Notes: generated from the sequence alone by a model not told the origin. Positions 1 through 10,645 are shown, counted from the first letter of the stretch. The stretch: DNA of 64,000 nt from an uncultured Planctomycetota bacterium (GCA_963719315.1 CAVRBU010000004.1:96001-160000); one strand, 5' to 3'. Translations and numbers: made by a program.

Positions 1-27
1 CTCGACTCGCGTCGCGGCGGCTCGGGT

Positions 28-143
28 GGTGTCCTAAATTGGCATCGTTCGGACCGGAACTTTGTAGCACGGACTTCAGTCCGTACAAGTATCACGGACT
101 GAAGTCCGTGCTACGAGTTTGTTGTGCCGCAAATTAGGACACC
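28..143. repeat. MITE-like element (terminal IR GGTGTCCTAA/TTAGGACACC) enclosing an inverted GTAG-type REP pair, copy 1
   Basis: Contains GTAGCACGGACTTCAGTCCGT followed by its inverted copy ACGGACTGAAGTCCGTGCTAC; a near-identical ~115 bp copy lies at 12975-13088. Confidence 0.85.
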
Positions 144-170
144 TCGGCGGCTCGCACTGCTGGAGTGCTT

Positions 171-214
171 AAAAAAAGGAGCACGGGATGCCTGCCCCAA
201 GCATCATCCCGTGC
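171..214 (-). terminator. Intrinsic terminator for the minus-strand PEP-CTERM gene
   Basis: Stem GCACGGGATG (181-190)/CATCCCGTGC (205-214), with A7 at 171-177 read as a U-tract on the minus strand. Confidence 0.75.
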
Positions 215-299
215 CGCGATGTTTCTAGTATTTACGACGTGTAAATCGATCGCCCAAAACTCCAACTCCCGCAGGAATAGAGGGAAATTGAGCGACAAC

Positions 300-1856
300 T
301 TACTTTCGTTTGAACAACCAGAGTGAAGCCACGCCGACGATCAAGAGGAGCGCCGTACCCGGTTCGGGAACCGCGGCCGCTGAACCGACGCCGCTGCCCA
401 CTACAGGCAAGCCAGTAGTTCCAAAGTTATCCCTCCAGTGAATGTAGTCGGCTTGACTGATAATCAGGCTGCCGTCGCCATCCGCCCGCAGATCGGTCTC
501 CGAACCAACAGTGGATCGCCAAACGACATAGTCGGCCGCGTCGACCTTGCCGTCATTGTTGTAATCACCTTTGCTCTTGCCGCTGGGGGGAGGAGGCGCA
601 AGTAGTGAAGTGAGTTTGTAATCATTGTCACCCGGATTATTTGTGACTGAAAAGAAAGTATTGAAGTTGTCGCCGGTGAGGCCACTCTTATTATTAGCCC
701 GCAGGATGCCCATATCCCAAAGATCCTGGTAGGACCTCTGGGTGTCGCCGTCCGTGCCATACGTGCCGATGTGTTTGCCTAAGTCACCAGGATCCGTTTC
801 TATCAATCCAGTATCGAGCATGGTCGCCACACGGATGCCGCCGCGGCCAGCGCCTGCGGCGGGAGTATCGAGTGGAGTGGCGCTCTGGCCGTCGACGGTA
901 ATATCGCCGGGTCCCGTGAAGTTGATGACGAAGGTCTCGTCGGTTGTCGAATCACCATCGTCTTTCCAGTCGTAAATAAAGGCCAAGTCAGCCCGCATTG
1001 GCAAACCGTCGTTATCGAGCTCATACTCATCGCCGCCGGTTAGGTCCATATGTCCATTGTTGATCGTCATGACCACGCGGATCCCCGCTTCATTTTCCTC
1101 GCCTATGTAAAAGCCAGAGACGCCAAACCACAATGCACCTTCGTTCTCGAATCGGGCGCCATTGGTAAGGCTGACAGTCTGAATGCTGTTTTCATACCCG
1201 TGGTACGACGCGAGCATCATTGCACCGCTCGCGAAACCCTGCGTTTCATCTCCCGTGCGACGGAACGTTGTGCCTTCGCCGTCGAGATTTAATTCAGCAC
1301 CGTTCCAGCGGGTCCACATGCCGTCGGCGTCGCCGCCGGCGCCGGTAATTTGTTGCCACACGGATCCATTCGACAAGTTCATCGTGGGCGTGCCCGGAAA
1401 GTTGGCATCGGGCTGAATCCGCCAGTCGCCGAATCGATCGAGACCATCGTCGCCCGACAGGAGTTGCCGATTCGGATTGTAGGTAACAGTGGCGCCCGTG
1501 TTGATGTAGATGTCGGTTCCTAATTGGGTGCCCCCCGCGATCGTGACCGCGGGCGTGGTGGTGCAAGCGCCGGCGTTATCGCACGGGAGCCGATCCAAGT
1601 CGTAGCCACCTGGACCAATAGTCTGGCCCACGCGAATACCATCATTTCGGCCTAGAACGAATTTCGATGGCAGGCCCGAAGCCGCATTCGGATCACTCGA
1701 CCAATGGCCGGTGGCGTATTCAGGAGTGGCGGAAACGTCGCCAGTCCACTCACCATCTCCGCCAATCCAGTAGACGTTGTCATACACGGCCGCCCGGGCA
1801 ACTCCGAAGAGACAAAGAACGGCTCCCAAAGCCACTGCAAACAGATAGCGATTCAT
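300..1856 (-). CDS. PEP-CTERM sorting-domain surface protein with dockerin-like (EF-hand) module
   Basis: N-terminal signal peptide (VARA-A); GDYNNDGKVDAADYVVWR...ADGDGSLIISQADY repeats; C-terminal VPEPGT + hydrophobic helix + KRK. Confidence 0.9.
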   Translation of the reverse strand: MNRYLFAVALGAVLCLFGVARAAVYDNVYWIGGDGEWTGDVSATPEYATGHWSSDPNAASGLPSKFVLGRNDGIRVGQTIGPGGYDLDRLPCDNAGACTTTPAVTIAGGTQLGTDIYINTGATVTYNPNRQLLSGDDGLDRFGDWRIQPDANFPGTPTMNLSNGSVWQQITGAGGDADGMWTRWNGAELNLDGEGTTFRRTGDETQGFASGAMMLASYHGYENSIQTVSLTNGARFENEGALWFGVSGFYIGEENEAGIRVVMTINNGHMDLTGGDEYELDNDGLPMRADLAFIYDWKDDGDSTTDETFVINFTGPGDITVDGQSATPLDTPAAGAGRGGIRVATMLDTGLIETDPGDLGKHIGTYGTDGDTQRSYQDLWDMGILRANNKSGLTGDNFNTFFSVTNNPGDNDYKLTSLLAPPPPSGKSKGDYNNDGKVDAADYVVWRSTVGSETDLRADGDGSLIISQADYIHWRDNFGTTGLPVVGSGVGSAAAVPEPGTALLLIVGVASLWLFKRK

Positions 1857-2290
1857 CGTGCAATCCTCACCCGTATTGAAAAGTCAGAGACACAGTTGAC
1901 GACACAGTGGCGAGCATCCTGGCACTGCGAATGATAAGTTTTGCCGCATTACGCGCCGTAACTAAATGTAAAGAGGGAGTTTCAAATAATCAAGCGAAAC
2001 TTTCGATCTCTTCCAAAAAAACCGAAAATTTCCAATCCCCCGCTCCAGACTGAGTCTGTGGATGCGGAAACTGTGGAAGGCTGGGACGAGCAAGCCGATT
2101 CGAATTTGAGCCTTTGATCCCCCCAACCAACTTTCCTGACCACGGCCCTGGGCCAGTGCCACCTGCCGCGATCGCCGGGGACCGCAACCAGCAGCGGTAG
2201 CCCGCCTCGACTGCTGCCGTTGAACGCACTCTTCGCCCCCTATCTGGCGGTTTTGGAAAAACTCAGTAGCGGCGATGTTATGCTTCCTGA

Positions 2291-2342
2291 TTGACAATCG
2301 CGCCTGATTTCAGTTACATACAAGGGTTGGGAATCGGTTTCT
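2291..2342 (+). promoter_or_regulatory. Possible sigma70 promoter with a downstream LacI-like operator for the DUF1559 gene
   Basis: TTGACA at 2291-2296; weak -10 (TTACAT/TACATA) 17-18 nt later; GAATCGGTTTC matches the LacI-family GAANCGNTTNC core. Confidence 0.35.
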
Positions 2343-2487
2343 CCGATGCGCCTTGAGCCGGCCAAACCTGCGTGATTGCACGGTTGGAGCGGCTGATTCG
2401 GATTGCGTTTGCTCATTCGAGCTCTCTTCCACAAACATCACAAACATCGTCGTAGCTCGTCCAATTTTCGGAGAGGAGACAAGTTTG

Positions 2488-3615
2488 ATGAGAGTGCACA
2501 CACGTACTCGGCGTAATGCTCCGCCAGGAGCTTTTACACTCGTCGAGTTGTTGGTCGTGATAGCCATTATTGGGATATTGGTGGCGCTCTTGCTGCCCGC
2601 GGTCCAGGCGGCGCACGAAGCGGCCCGCCGGACCCAGTGCATCAATCACTTGAAACAGTTGTCGCTCGGTTGCATGAACTGCGAGAGCACGAACAAACAT
2701 TTCCCCACGGGCGGCTGGGGAACGGATTGGTCGGGCGACGCGGACCGGGGAGTGGGCGAAGAACAGCCGGGAAGCTGGCTGTACGCCATCCTGCCTTTCA
2801 TCGAGGAACAGGCAATCCATGATATGCCCAAGGACGGACAGGCCAGCATGGCGCCCAGCGGTCCCTCGGTTCAGCAGATGGACGGCGCTCAGAAGATGAT
2901 TTTCCTTCCCGGTCCCGCCGCGTTTTATTGCCCGTCGCGGCGACCGCCGGACGTGTACCTGGTCGAGTCACATCATGTGACTTTCGCGAAGAACGTGAGC
3001 CCGATTCCGGTGTCCTCTTCTCAGTCCTTTTTCGTCGGTTCCAACGACTACGCGGGCAACGCGGGAGACGACCTTTCCGGCAGCTTAGGAGATGACGGGG
3101 GGCCACCAGTTTGGCAGGCCGGGGAGAACAAAGGCACTGCCGGATATGATTTATGGAGACTCTATACCGACTCATTAGGCCTGCAAACGCTTGCTAACGG
3201 CGCCAAGAAGTGGCGCTTTAACGGCGTCATATTTCAAGCGAGCGAAGTCGCAATAAGAAACATTCCGGACGGTACGTCCAAAACGTATTTGTGCGGCGAG
3301 CGCTATGTGCGAGCCAATAATTACAAACGCGACCAACAATATGACGCTACTTCTTCATCCGTGGACGGTAGTGACAGTTGGACCTGGTCCACGGGCGGGT
3401 GCCGAGACACTTTGCGATCTGGGAAGGACCTGCCACTCCAGGATAATATTATCGTGAGGGGCGGGGGCTATTTCGGTTCCGCCCACCCCGGAGTTTTTCA
3501 TGTAGCGTTTTGCGACGGCCACGTCGAGGGAGTGAGCTACAACGTCGATTTACTGGTGCATAGAAACAATGCCAATCGCCGGGATAGCGGCGCACGGATC
3601 CAGGCGAGGATCTAA
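2488..3615 (+). CDS. DUF1559 protein with prepilin-type N-terminal cleavage/methylation motif
   Basis: [63 protein letters not shown] (H-X9-DG); GAGGAG RBS before ATG 2488. Confidence 0.95.
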   Translation: MRVHTRTRRNAPPGAFTLVELLVVIAIIGILVALLLPAVQAAHEAARRTQCINHLKQLSLGCMNCESTNKHFPTGGWGTDWSGDADRGVGEEQPGSWLYAILPFIEEQAIHDMPKDGQASMAPSGPSVQQMDGAQKMIFLPGPAAFYCPSRRPPDVYLVESHHVTFAKNVSPIPVSSSQSFFVGSNDYAGNAGDDLSGSLGDDGGPPVWQAGENKGTAGYDLWRLYTDSLGLQTLANGAKKWRFNGVIFQASEVAIRNIPDGTSKTYLCGERYVRANNYKRDQQYDATSSSVDGSDSWTWSTGGCRDTLRSGKDLPLQDNIIVRGGGYFGSAHPGVFHVAFCDGHVEGVSYNVDLLVHRNNANRRDSGARIQARI

Positions 3616-3686
3616 AACCTTGAAATCGTCCGTGTTGGCCGCCGTGGCTTAACCAGTTCCGCTAAGAATATTCAGTTGCGTAATCT

Positions 3687-4315
3687 ATGACTAACTGCTT
3701 CTTGTTTCGGCAGGGGGGTATCGGCGTGGTGGGCGTCATCGCGTTGGCGGTCTCCGTTGGCTGCAGCGACGACAGGTCTTTCAGGGTTGATCCGGTGGCC
3801 GCTAGTAAGGCCGCGATGGAGCAGTACGATAAGAATGGCGATGGGCTGTTGGACAAGACCGAGTTGAAAGGCTGCCCCGCGCTTTGCGCGAGATCCGCGC
3901 GTATGACGAATCCAAGGATAGCAAGCTCAGTGCGGATGAAATTGGGGCGGTGATCAAGGACATGTTCGGTCAGAACGCCGGAATGACCCCACTCAGTTGC
4001 ACGGTCAATCTCGATGGAAGCCCGCTTTCCGGCGCGACCGTCAAGTTTATCCCGGAATCGTTTCTGGGCCCTGAAATCAAGGAAGCCACTGGCGTCACAA
4101 ACGGGGCCGGCATGGCCGATTTGGGGATTTCGCCTGACGAATTGCCCAAAGAACTTCGCAGACACAGCTTGATGCGGGTAGGAATCTACCGGGTTGAGAT
4201 CACGCACCCGACTAAAATGATTCCGGCGAAGTACAACACAGAGACCGAGCTCGGCTTCGAGTTTCACCAGACGAACCACGTCCAGCCGCCGACGTTCAAC
4301 CTCGTCAGCAAATAA
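3687..4315 (+). CDS. Lipoprotein with EF-hand pair and carboxypeptidase-regulatory-like domain (frameshift near 3890)
   Basis: Lipobox-like SVGC; DKNGDGLLDKTEL continues in another frame as DESKDSKLSADEI; LDGSPLSGATVKFIP...IPAKYN is typical of DUF1559-adjacent lipoproteins. Confidence 0.8.
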
Positions 4316-4460
4316 AAGCGGCGCGGCTTAACACGGGTTCCGTGGATCAAGCACCATCCGACTCTCGCCATTCGATTTTTTTCTAGATTCTCTTGCTCAT
4401 TGAAAACCGTTGTTTTTGACACACGGAGCTTTTGCGATACGAAGATAGTCGTGCGAAATC

Positions 4461-4489
4461 TTGACCTGCTAAAGCGATTTACTTAGATT
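4461..4489 (+). promoter_or_regulatory. Sigma70-type promoter of His-rich leader copy 1
   Basis: TTGACC-N17-TAGATT followed by GCGCTT; same architecture and offset as 14668-14696. Confidence 0.65.
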
Positions 4490-4532
4490 GCGCTTTAGTT
4501 AACGTCTCTTCGTACTTGCAAATCGTAAATCT

Positions 4533-5015
4533 ATGCGATCAACGCGATTGCATCGTCTGACCGCGGTGTATCTCGCCGTTCTGTACGGCGCGATTGGACT
4601 TACGGGCGAATCGCTCCATTACCTAGGGGCGTATGTAACTGAACTTTGTTCCAACCCGCCGCCTGACGACGAAATCGTGGTGTATTACCACGTTCATGCT
4701 CCGGATTTTCACGGACACTTTCACCATGCCATCGTTCATCATCACCATTCGCACGGCGCGACGGCACTCGCTCAAGCGACTGGTCAATCCAAAGCTGGTA
4801 CGTCAATAACGCCCGAGACTCTGACGCACAAACCACACGCTTGTCCCATTCTCAGCCTTGTATCAACTCTAAAGCTACACCACTCAGTTGGCTGCATGCC
4901 ATCGATCTTTGGTGCCCCAGTTGTCGCATCGATACATGAAACGCGCACGTTATTGTCTCGCGAAGTAGTGCTCGACTCACTCGCGCGTGGACCGCCCGGC
5001 GATACCTTCGCGTAA
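4533..5015 (+). CDS. His-rich leader protein ending in RGPP (DUF2946/CruR-like candidate arrest peptide), copy 1
   Basis: N-terminal hydrophobic segment; YYHVHAPDFHGHFHH...HHHH; HKPHACP; ARGPP five residues before the stop; about 50% identical (hand alignment) to 14741-15223. Confidence 0.8.
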   Translation: MRSTRLHRLTAVYLAVLYGAIGLTGESLHYLGAYVTELCSNPPPDDEIVVYYHVHAPDFHGHFHHAIVHHHHSHGATALAQATGQSKAGTSITPETLTHKPHACPILSLVSTLKLHHSVGCMPSIFGAPVVASIHETRTLLSREVVLDSLARGPPGDTFA

Positions 5016-5137
5016 TCTCGTTCGTCGTGATGCCAGATCGCATTTTGCGAGAACCGGGTTCATTTGGTTCTTGGTGCGACTTTTAATGCCTTTGCATTCT
5101 GACTTATCGTCCTCCTTTTGACGGCGAAGGTGGCGTT

Positions 5138-5370
5138 ATTTGGCGCAACCGGCGGGCCTTTACGCTTGTTGAATTGTTGGTGGTGATCGCCATCATCGGC
5201 GCGCTTGTGGCCTAGCAGCTTCCCGCAGTTCAGGCGGCAAATGCGGCCGCGCGACGCACGCAGTGCGTTCATAACGTGCGGCAGGCCGGGTTAGGTATTC
5301 ACCACAGTACGCGGATAGCTATAAGGGGCATTTTCCCCTTATGGCGGCGTATCACAATTCCCTTAGGAAT
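5138..5370 (+). pseudogene. Decayed DUF1559/prepilin-motif gene (5' remnant)
   Basis: Reads [45 protein letters not shown] replaces ATG at 5138; in-frame TAG at 5213-5215; later frameshift; not in the ORF track. Confidence 0.85.
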
Positions 5371-5640
5371 TCGCGCCGGAAGATATTGGAACTTCACTTC
5401 CCTAAAAAGGTCATCAAATGCGCCGTAGTTCACTTGATTTTAGATTGCTTTTGCGCGGAATTCGTACGGCGCGCTTTCCAGCGGCTCTGCCCTTTCTGAG
5501 TAACTGGTCCCGGCTTCGCGGGTTGGGCGGCAACTGCTGGCGGAGCCAAGTTTTTCTGCTCAGTTTTCGACCCGCAACCAATCGGGATTATGATGCAGGT
5601 AACCCCAACACAACACACAAGCATTTTAAGGATTTGTCGC

Positions 5641-6408
5641 ATGAAACGAGCCTTCACGTTGGTTGAGCTTCTAGTTGTCATTGCGATTATCGGTGTGCTG
5701 GTCGCACTTTTGCTGCCCGCCGTTCAGGCGGCGCGCGAGTCCGCAAGGGCCGCCCAGTGTCGCTCTAATTTACACCAAATTGGAATCGCTGTCTTGCAGT
5801 ACTACGAAGCTACGAAGGGAAAATTCTTTCTGCACCATCCATTTCAGGCGGACGTAGCTTCCCAATTCGCGGGTGCAGACTCATTCGCCGAAGTCTATTG
5901 GGAAGACAAGATAGCACCGTATATTGAATCGATCAGTACTGAGGCACAGGCCAAGCAAGGGATTGTAGACGACAAAGTTTATCGTTGCCCAGATGATCTA
6001 TCGGAGATCCGGCCATTTATCGACAACGGTCAAACAAACGGTCTGGCCAATCGAACCAGCTACTTGATGAATTCACTAACGAGCCACATGACCCGCCGCT
6101 ACGGCCGGTGGACGCTGCATAAGTTTGACACGAATGTTGGAACATCCAAGTGGATTTCGTTTGTCGAGCGCAATGCGGAAGTGTTTGATGACAAAATCGA
6201 TGACGCAAACGACCCACGCCAAGATGACTTCGATATTTGGCTAGGAACGAAAATCTTCGCGCCGTGGATCGCATCCGAACGCCATAGTGGTTCTGCCAAC
6301 TATCTCTACTTGGACGGCCACGTAACGTCAGCCACCTTTGATGAGGCCGTCATAGATATGTTTCCGGACCGGGTGGTGCTGGTCGATGATGGGACATACG
6401 ACCAGTAA
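5641..6408 (+). CDS. DUF1559 prepilin-type protein (short form)
   Basis: [57 protein letters not shown]. Confidence 0.95.
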   Translation: MKRAFTLVELLVVIAIIGVLVALLLPAVQAARESARAAQCRSNLHQIGIAVLQYYEATKGKFFLHHPFQADVASQFAGADSFAEVYWEDKIAPYIESISTEAQAKQGIVDDKVYRCPDDLSEIRPFIDNGQTNGLANRTSYLMNSLTSHMTRRYGRWTLHKFDTNVGTSKWISFVERNAEVFDDKIDDANDPRQDDFDIWLGTKIFAPWIASERHSGSANYLYLDGHVTSATFDEAVIDMFPDRVVLVDDGTYDQ

Positions 6409-6554
6409 CACGATGAACGGCAGAGAGACGGTTATCGAGTACTGAACTTCAGAATCCTACGACGCAGCGTTCATAGGATTCTAATGGCATTTCTACCGGA
6501 AATCGTATAGTGCGTTAAACGGGAATTATCCCTAGCGGGGTCGCAATACTCAAG

Positions 6555-6589
6555 AAGTAGGAACGGCGTTCGGGCTGTTCCTACTTTTT
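6555..6589 (+). terminator. Intrinsic terminator-like hairpin
   Basis: AAGTAGGAACGGC/GCTGTTCCTACTT stem ending in a T5 run. Confidence 0.65.
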
Positions 6590-6805
6590 CACTGCGCCAA
6601 GATGGTCGAATTCCACGGCATTCGTTTCGGGATTCTGCCGGGGCTTGAATAATTCGACAGGATACTCACGTTCGAGAAGTAGCTTGATAGTGTAGAAATT
6701 CTGCCAAGGTTTTATGATATTGGTCGCCAATACGCGCTCGCACGATCGTTCGCCGGGGAACTGAAATTCATCGGTTACAATTCAGCACTAGTGGTCTGTC
6801 TCGAT

Positions 6806-7003
6806 TTAGTTGACGGGTGCTAGTACGGGATAAAGTCGTTTAATCTTGATCCTGGCATCGGCGGCGGTGAATTGCCAGTCGACGCGGACTGGTTGTTGGT
6901 TGCGGGGGGGGTTGTTCCCATGCGTGAACTTCGCTCTCCAGGCGGGCTCGGGAATCGATCCGTTGGTCCAGGCACTGCCTTCCCAGCACGGACAATTCAC
7001 ATT
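6806..7003 (-). pseudogene. 3' end of the IS630 transposase, detached by the IS21 insertion
   Basis: ELSVLGRQCLDQRI...VDWQFTAADARIKIKRLYP; extra frameshift at the G-run near 6905. Confidence 0.85.
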
Positions 7004-7133
7004 TGGAGATCGGCATTGAAACGGGACCCACCTGGGGTGCGGAATCGGCATTGAAAAGGGACCCACCGCAGCGGACTTCGTAAGCTGGATTCCCGGTTTT
7101 TAAACTGGGGAATTCAGCGAAGCGGAGTCAAGG

Positions 7134-8840
7134 ATGCTGAAGGTGGAGGATTACGGCAGGATACGTCGTGCTCATCGCGATGGCATGAGCATTCGGGAGA
7201 TCGCCCGGACGTTTGGGCATTCGCGACGAAAGATCCGCGAGGCACTGGCGCAGGCAGAGCCGCGGCCTTACACGCTGTCGCTACCGCGACCGCGGCGGGT
7301 GCTGACCGATGTGCACCAGCAATGGATCGGCGCGATTCTCGTCGAAGATGAGCAGGCGCCTCGCAAGCAACGTCACACAGGAGCGCAACTCTTTCGGCGG
7401 CTGCGGGACGAAGAGCAGTACGTCGGCAGCTACGACCAGGTGCGAAGGTACGTGGCCGCGACGCGGGGGCGGCAGCGCGAAACGTTTCTCCCTTTGTCGT
7501 ACGAGCCAGGCCAACGGGCCGAGAGCGACTTCGGTCAGATCTGGGTCGACTTCCCGGAAGGCAGGCGCCAGGTTCCGATCCTGCTGGTGACGTGGGCCTA
7601 CTCGAACGCCACCTTTATGATTGCGCTGCCGAGCGAAAAGACCGAGGCGATCCTGCATGGCACGGTGGCGGCGTTTGCGTTTTTTCGTTGCGTGCCCAAA
7701 GAACTGTGGTGGGATAATCCAAGAACCGTTGCGACCACGATTCTGCGTGGCCGCCAACGGGAGTTGAACCAGCGCCTGGCAGGCGCTGGCCAGTCACTAC
7801 AACTTCGAGCCGTTGTTCTGCCTGCCGGCTCGCGGTAACGAAAAGCCGCACGTCGAGAACCGGGTGAAGCTGTTGGAGCGCCAGTGGGCGACGCCGGTCC
7901 CTCAAGTGAAGGATCTGACAGAGCTAAATGCCTACCTGCTTCAATGCTGCGAGCGGGATGCTCGGCGGACGATTGCGGGCCACAGCGAAACGATCGGCGC
8001 CGCTTCGCGACAGAGCAGATTAGCGCCTTGCCGCTGCCCGAGCGCCCGTTTGAAGCCGCCGTGAGCGAGGTCCGTCAAGTCGACAAGTACCAGACGGTCG
8101 CCTGGGAGAAGAATCGCTACAGCGTGCCGCGGCGGCATGCGTTCGCCACGGTCACGGTAAAAGCCACTATCGATCGCATCGAAGTCATCCGCGACGGCCA
8201 GCGGATTGCCCGGCACGAGCGCTCCTACGGACAGGGCGAGCAAGTGCTCGATCCGCTGCACTACCTGTCCACTCTGGGAGTGAAGCCAGCCTATTTGGAT
8301 CACACTGACGTCTACCGCAATTGGCGTCTGCCGGCGGCGTTTACCCAGTTGCGCGAACATTTTGAAACACGCCACGGATCGTTGCCGGGCGCTCGGCAAT
8401 TCATCCGCGTGCTGCAGCTGTTGGCAGAGCACCCGCTGACTCGGGTTGAGCAGGCCATCCAGGCCTGCCGCGGCGACGGCGTCGTCACGGCCGAGCGGAT
8501 TGCTGGGCTCTGCGAGCGACTGGCGCTGCGCTCCACCCGCGGCGAAGCGAACCTAATCGGGCAGCTGCGATCGATTCCTGCGGTGCAAGTCCCGCTGCCG
8601 GACTTGCGCCGCTTTGACTCGTTACTCTCTCACGGAGGAGAAGATCATGGCCCAGAAAGAAACGCCCCTGTTACTGCGTTCGAACCTCAAGGCGCTACGC
8701 CTGCCGACGATGCTGGCCGAGTATGGCAAGCTCGCCGGGGAAGCGACCAACAGCAACCAGGACTACCTCGACTATCTGTTGCGCCTGACGGAGTTGGAGT
8801 TAGCCACACGCAGTGCCAATGCTCTGCAGGCGCGCATTAA
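7134..8840 (+). CDS. istA: IS21 transposase IstA (two frameshifts near 7790 and 8000)
   Basis: N-terminal HTH; SDFG; WWDN; EKPHVEN (DDE); NRYSVP; pieces distributed over three frames. Confidence 0.9.
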
Positions 8841-9417
8841 ACAGGCTGGCTTCCCGGTGCAGAAGGACCTCGATGCATTCGACTTTAGCGCGGCGCCCGG
8901 CCTCTCGAAGCCCAAGATCCTGGAACTGGCCCGCTGCGGCTGGATTGATCAGCGTCAGAACTGCTGCCTGTTGGGTAGTTCGGGAACTGGAAAAACGCAT
9001 CTGGCCATCGCCTTGGGCCTGGCCGCCTGCCGACTGGGCAAGCGAGTCCGCTTCTTTACCGCTGCCACACTGGTCAATCGCTTGGAAGAGACGCAGAAGC
9101 AGTACCAGCTCGAGCGATTGTTGAAGCAGCTCGACAAGCTCGATCTGCTTGTCTGCGACGAGCTCGGTTATCTCTCGTTCAATCGCAGCGGAGCGGAACT
9201 GCTGTTCCAGGTATTCGCCGATCGCTACGAGCGATCCAGCCTGTTGATCACCAGCAACTTGCCGTTCAGCGAATGGCAGCAGGTGTTTCAGGGAGAACGG
9301 ATGACAGCTGCTCTCTTGGACCGGCTGACGCACCACTGCGAAATCTTTGAGATGAACGGTGAAAGCTACCGCTTCCGGGAGTCGATGAAACAAAAGCGAA
9401 CCACCAAGGGCAAGTAG
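8647..9417 (+). CDS. istB: IS21 helper ATPase IstB
   Basis: Walker A GSSGTGKT; Walker B LLVCDELGY; TSNLPFSEW; ALLDRLTHH; GGAGGA RBS. Confidence 0.95.
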   Translation: MAQKETPLLLRSNLKALRLPTMLAEYGKLAGEATNSNQDYLDYLLRLTELELATRSANALQARIKQAGFPVQKDLDAFDFSAAPGLSKPKILELARCGWIDQRQNCCLLGSSGTGKTHLAIALGLAACRLGKRVRFFTAATLVNRLEETQKQYQLERLLKQLDKLDLLVCDELGYLSFNRSGAELLFQVFADRYERSSLLITSNLPFSEWQQVFQGERMTAALLDRLTHHCEIFEMNGESYRFRESMKQKRTTKGK

Positions 9418-9607
9418 CTTTCGGGCGACCCGTCGGCAAAACGTTCGCAAATCGCGCAACAAAATGGAGAGTTTACTCTAACCCATTAAGTGAACTAACG
9501 GAGGCGGCCGCGCGAGACCTTCGAAGGGTCTCGCGGGCCGCTCCCCAACTAACCAGGTGGGCCCAGATTCAACGCCCAGGTGGGTCCCATTTCAATGCCG
9601 ATCTCCA

Positions 9608-10567
9608 CACATTCCGCCATGTTCAGCCAACTGGCGTGCTTGGGGGTGTGATGCACTTCAAACCGCTCCCACAACCGTCGCGCCTCGTCAGGCGGGAAGA
9701 TCGCGTACAGCACGGACAGCTTGTGCGTATTCAGGTTGTCCATGACCAGCACGATCTTCTCCGCCGTCGGGTACTGCTCGTCGGCGATGTTGCGCAGCAG
9801 GTCGGCGAAATCCGCCTTCGCGCGACGTTCGGTGACCTTCACCCGGCGGCGGCCCGCCAAAGGTTCGCAGACCATGAACAGATTCGCTGTTCCCCGCCGT
9901 TCGTATTCGTAATCCTGTCGCGCCGGCTGCCCCGGCTCCATCGGCAGCGGCGGCGTGACGTCGGCCACCAATTGCTTGGTGGCTTCGTCGACGCACACGA
10001 CTGGCCGTTGCTCGTCGTAGGGACGCTGATAGACCTCCAGAACGTCTTCCATCGCGGCAACATAGTCCGCGTCATGCGGCTTAGGCAGAACCCACTGCTC
10101 TTTCAACCAGGGCTTAAGCTCGTTTTTTTCAGTGCGCTGCGCACGGCGTCCTTGCTGATCGACTCGACGATCTCCAGTTCGACCAACTTGTCGGCCAGCA
10201 GTCGCAAGGTCCAGCGGGCGCGTCCTTCCGGAGCCGGTCCGCAGGCCACGGCGATCAAGCGGGCCTCCTGTTGGCCGTCCAACTTTCGAGGGCGATGCCG
10301 GCTCTTAGGCTTCCATTCCAAGGCAACGTTCAGGCCCTGCTCGACGTACGCCTGTCGCACGTCATGCACCAATCCCACGCTGACGTCCAACGCTTCGCAA
10401 ATCTCCTGGTCGGTCCGACCCGACCCCGTGACGCCGGCGTCCGCCTTGAGCAGCACCTGGGCTCGGCGACGCTTGCCCGCCGCCACCTTGCCTCGTCCCA
10501 CCACCGCCGCCAATTCCTCTCGCTCTTCCCCAGTCAACCGCACCACATACTTCGTGTTGTAGTTCAT
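9608..10567 (-). CDS. IS630 transposase 5' part (OrfA/OrfB joined by a -1 shift at an A7 run)
   Basis: OrfA HTH (RWTLRLLA); LKK/NELKPW junction at T7 10123-10129; VCVDEA, LVMDNL, SWLNMAE motifs. Confidence 0.9.
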
Positions 10568-10645
10568 TTTCTCGCCTCCTGTGAAAAACCTGAAGACGTT
10601 ATGCTATCCCCTAACTACTGAACAACGACAGACCACTAGATATTC

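Larger units (their letters stand above)
7004..9607 (+). mobile_element. IS21-family element (istA-istB)
   Basis: TG...CA ends; IR TGGAGATCGGCATTGAAA.GGGACCCACC with internal tandem repeats; 6-bp target duplication CACATT at 6998-7003 and 9608-9613. Confidence 0.95.
6789..10638 (-). mobile_element. IS630-family element, interrupted by an IS21
   Basis: Terminal IR TAGTGGTCTGTC/GACAGACCACTA with CTAG at both ends; split IS630 transposase on the minus strand. Confidence 0.9.

Noticed and set aside
28..143. Palindromic repeats as a CRISPR array
   Set aside because: Only an inverted pair per locus; no direct repeat-spacer periodicity and no cas genes
5430..5681. Minus-strand 83-aa ORF with a lipoprotein-like IGCG
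   Set aside because: Overlaps the start of the DUF1559 gene on the opposite strand and has no further support; cannot be fully excluded
7004..7066. Tandem ATCGGCATTGAAA.GGGACCCACC repeats as CRISPR or iterons
   Set aside because: These are the multiple terminal repeats of the IS21 end, mirrored at 9556-9607
9636..10562. 308-aa plus-strand ORF
   Set aside because: Antisense shadow of the IS630 transposase
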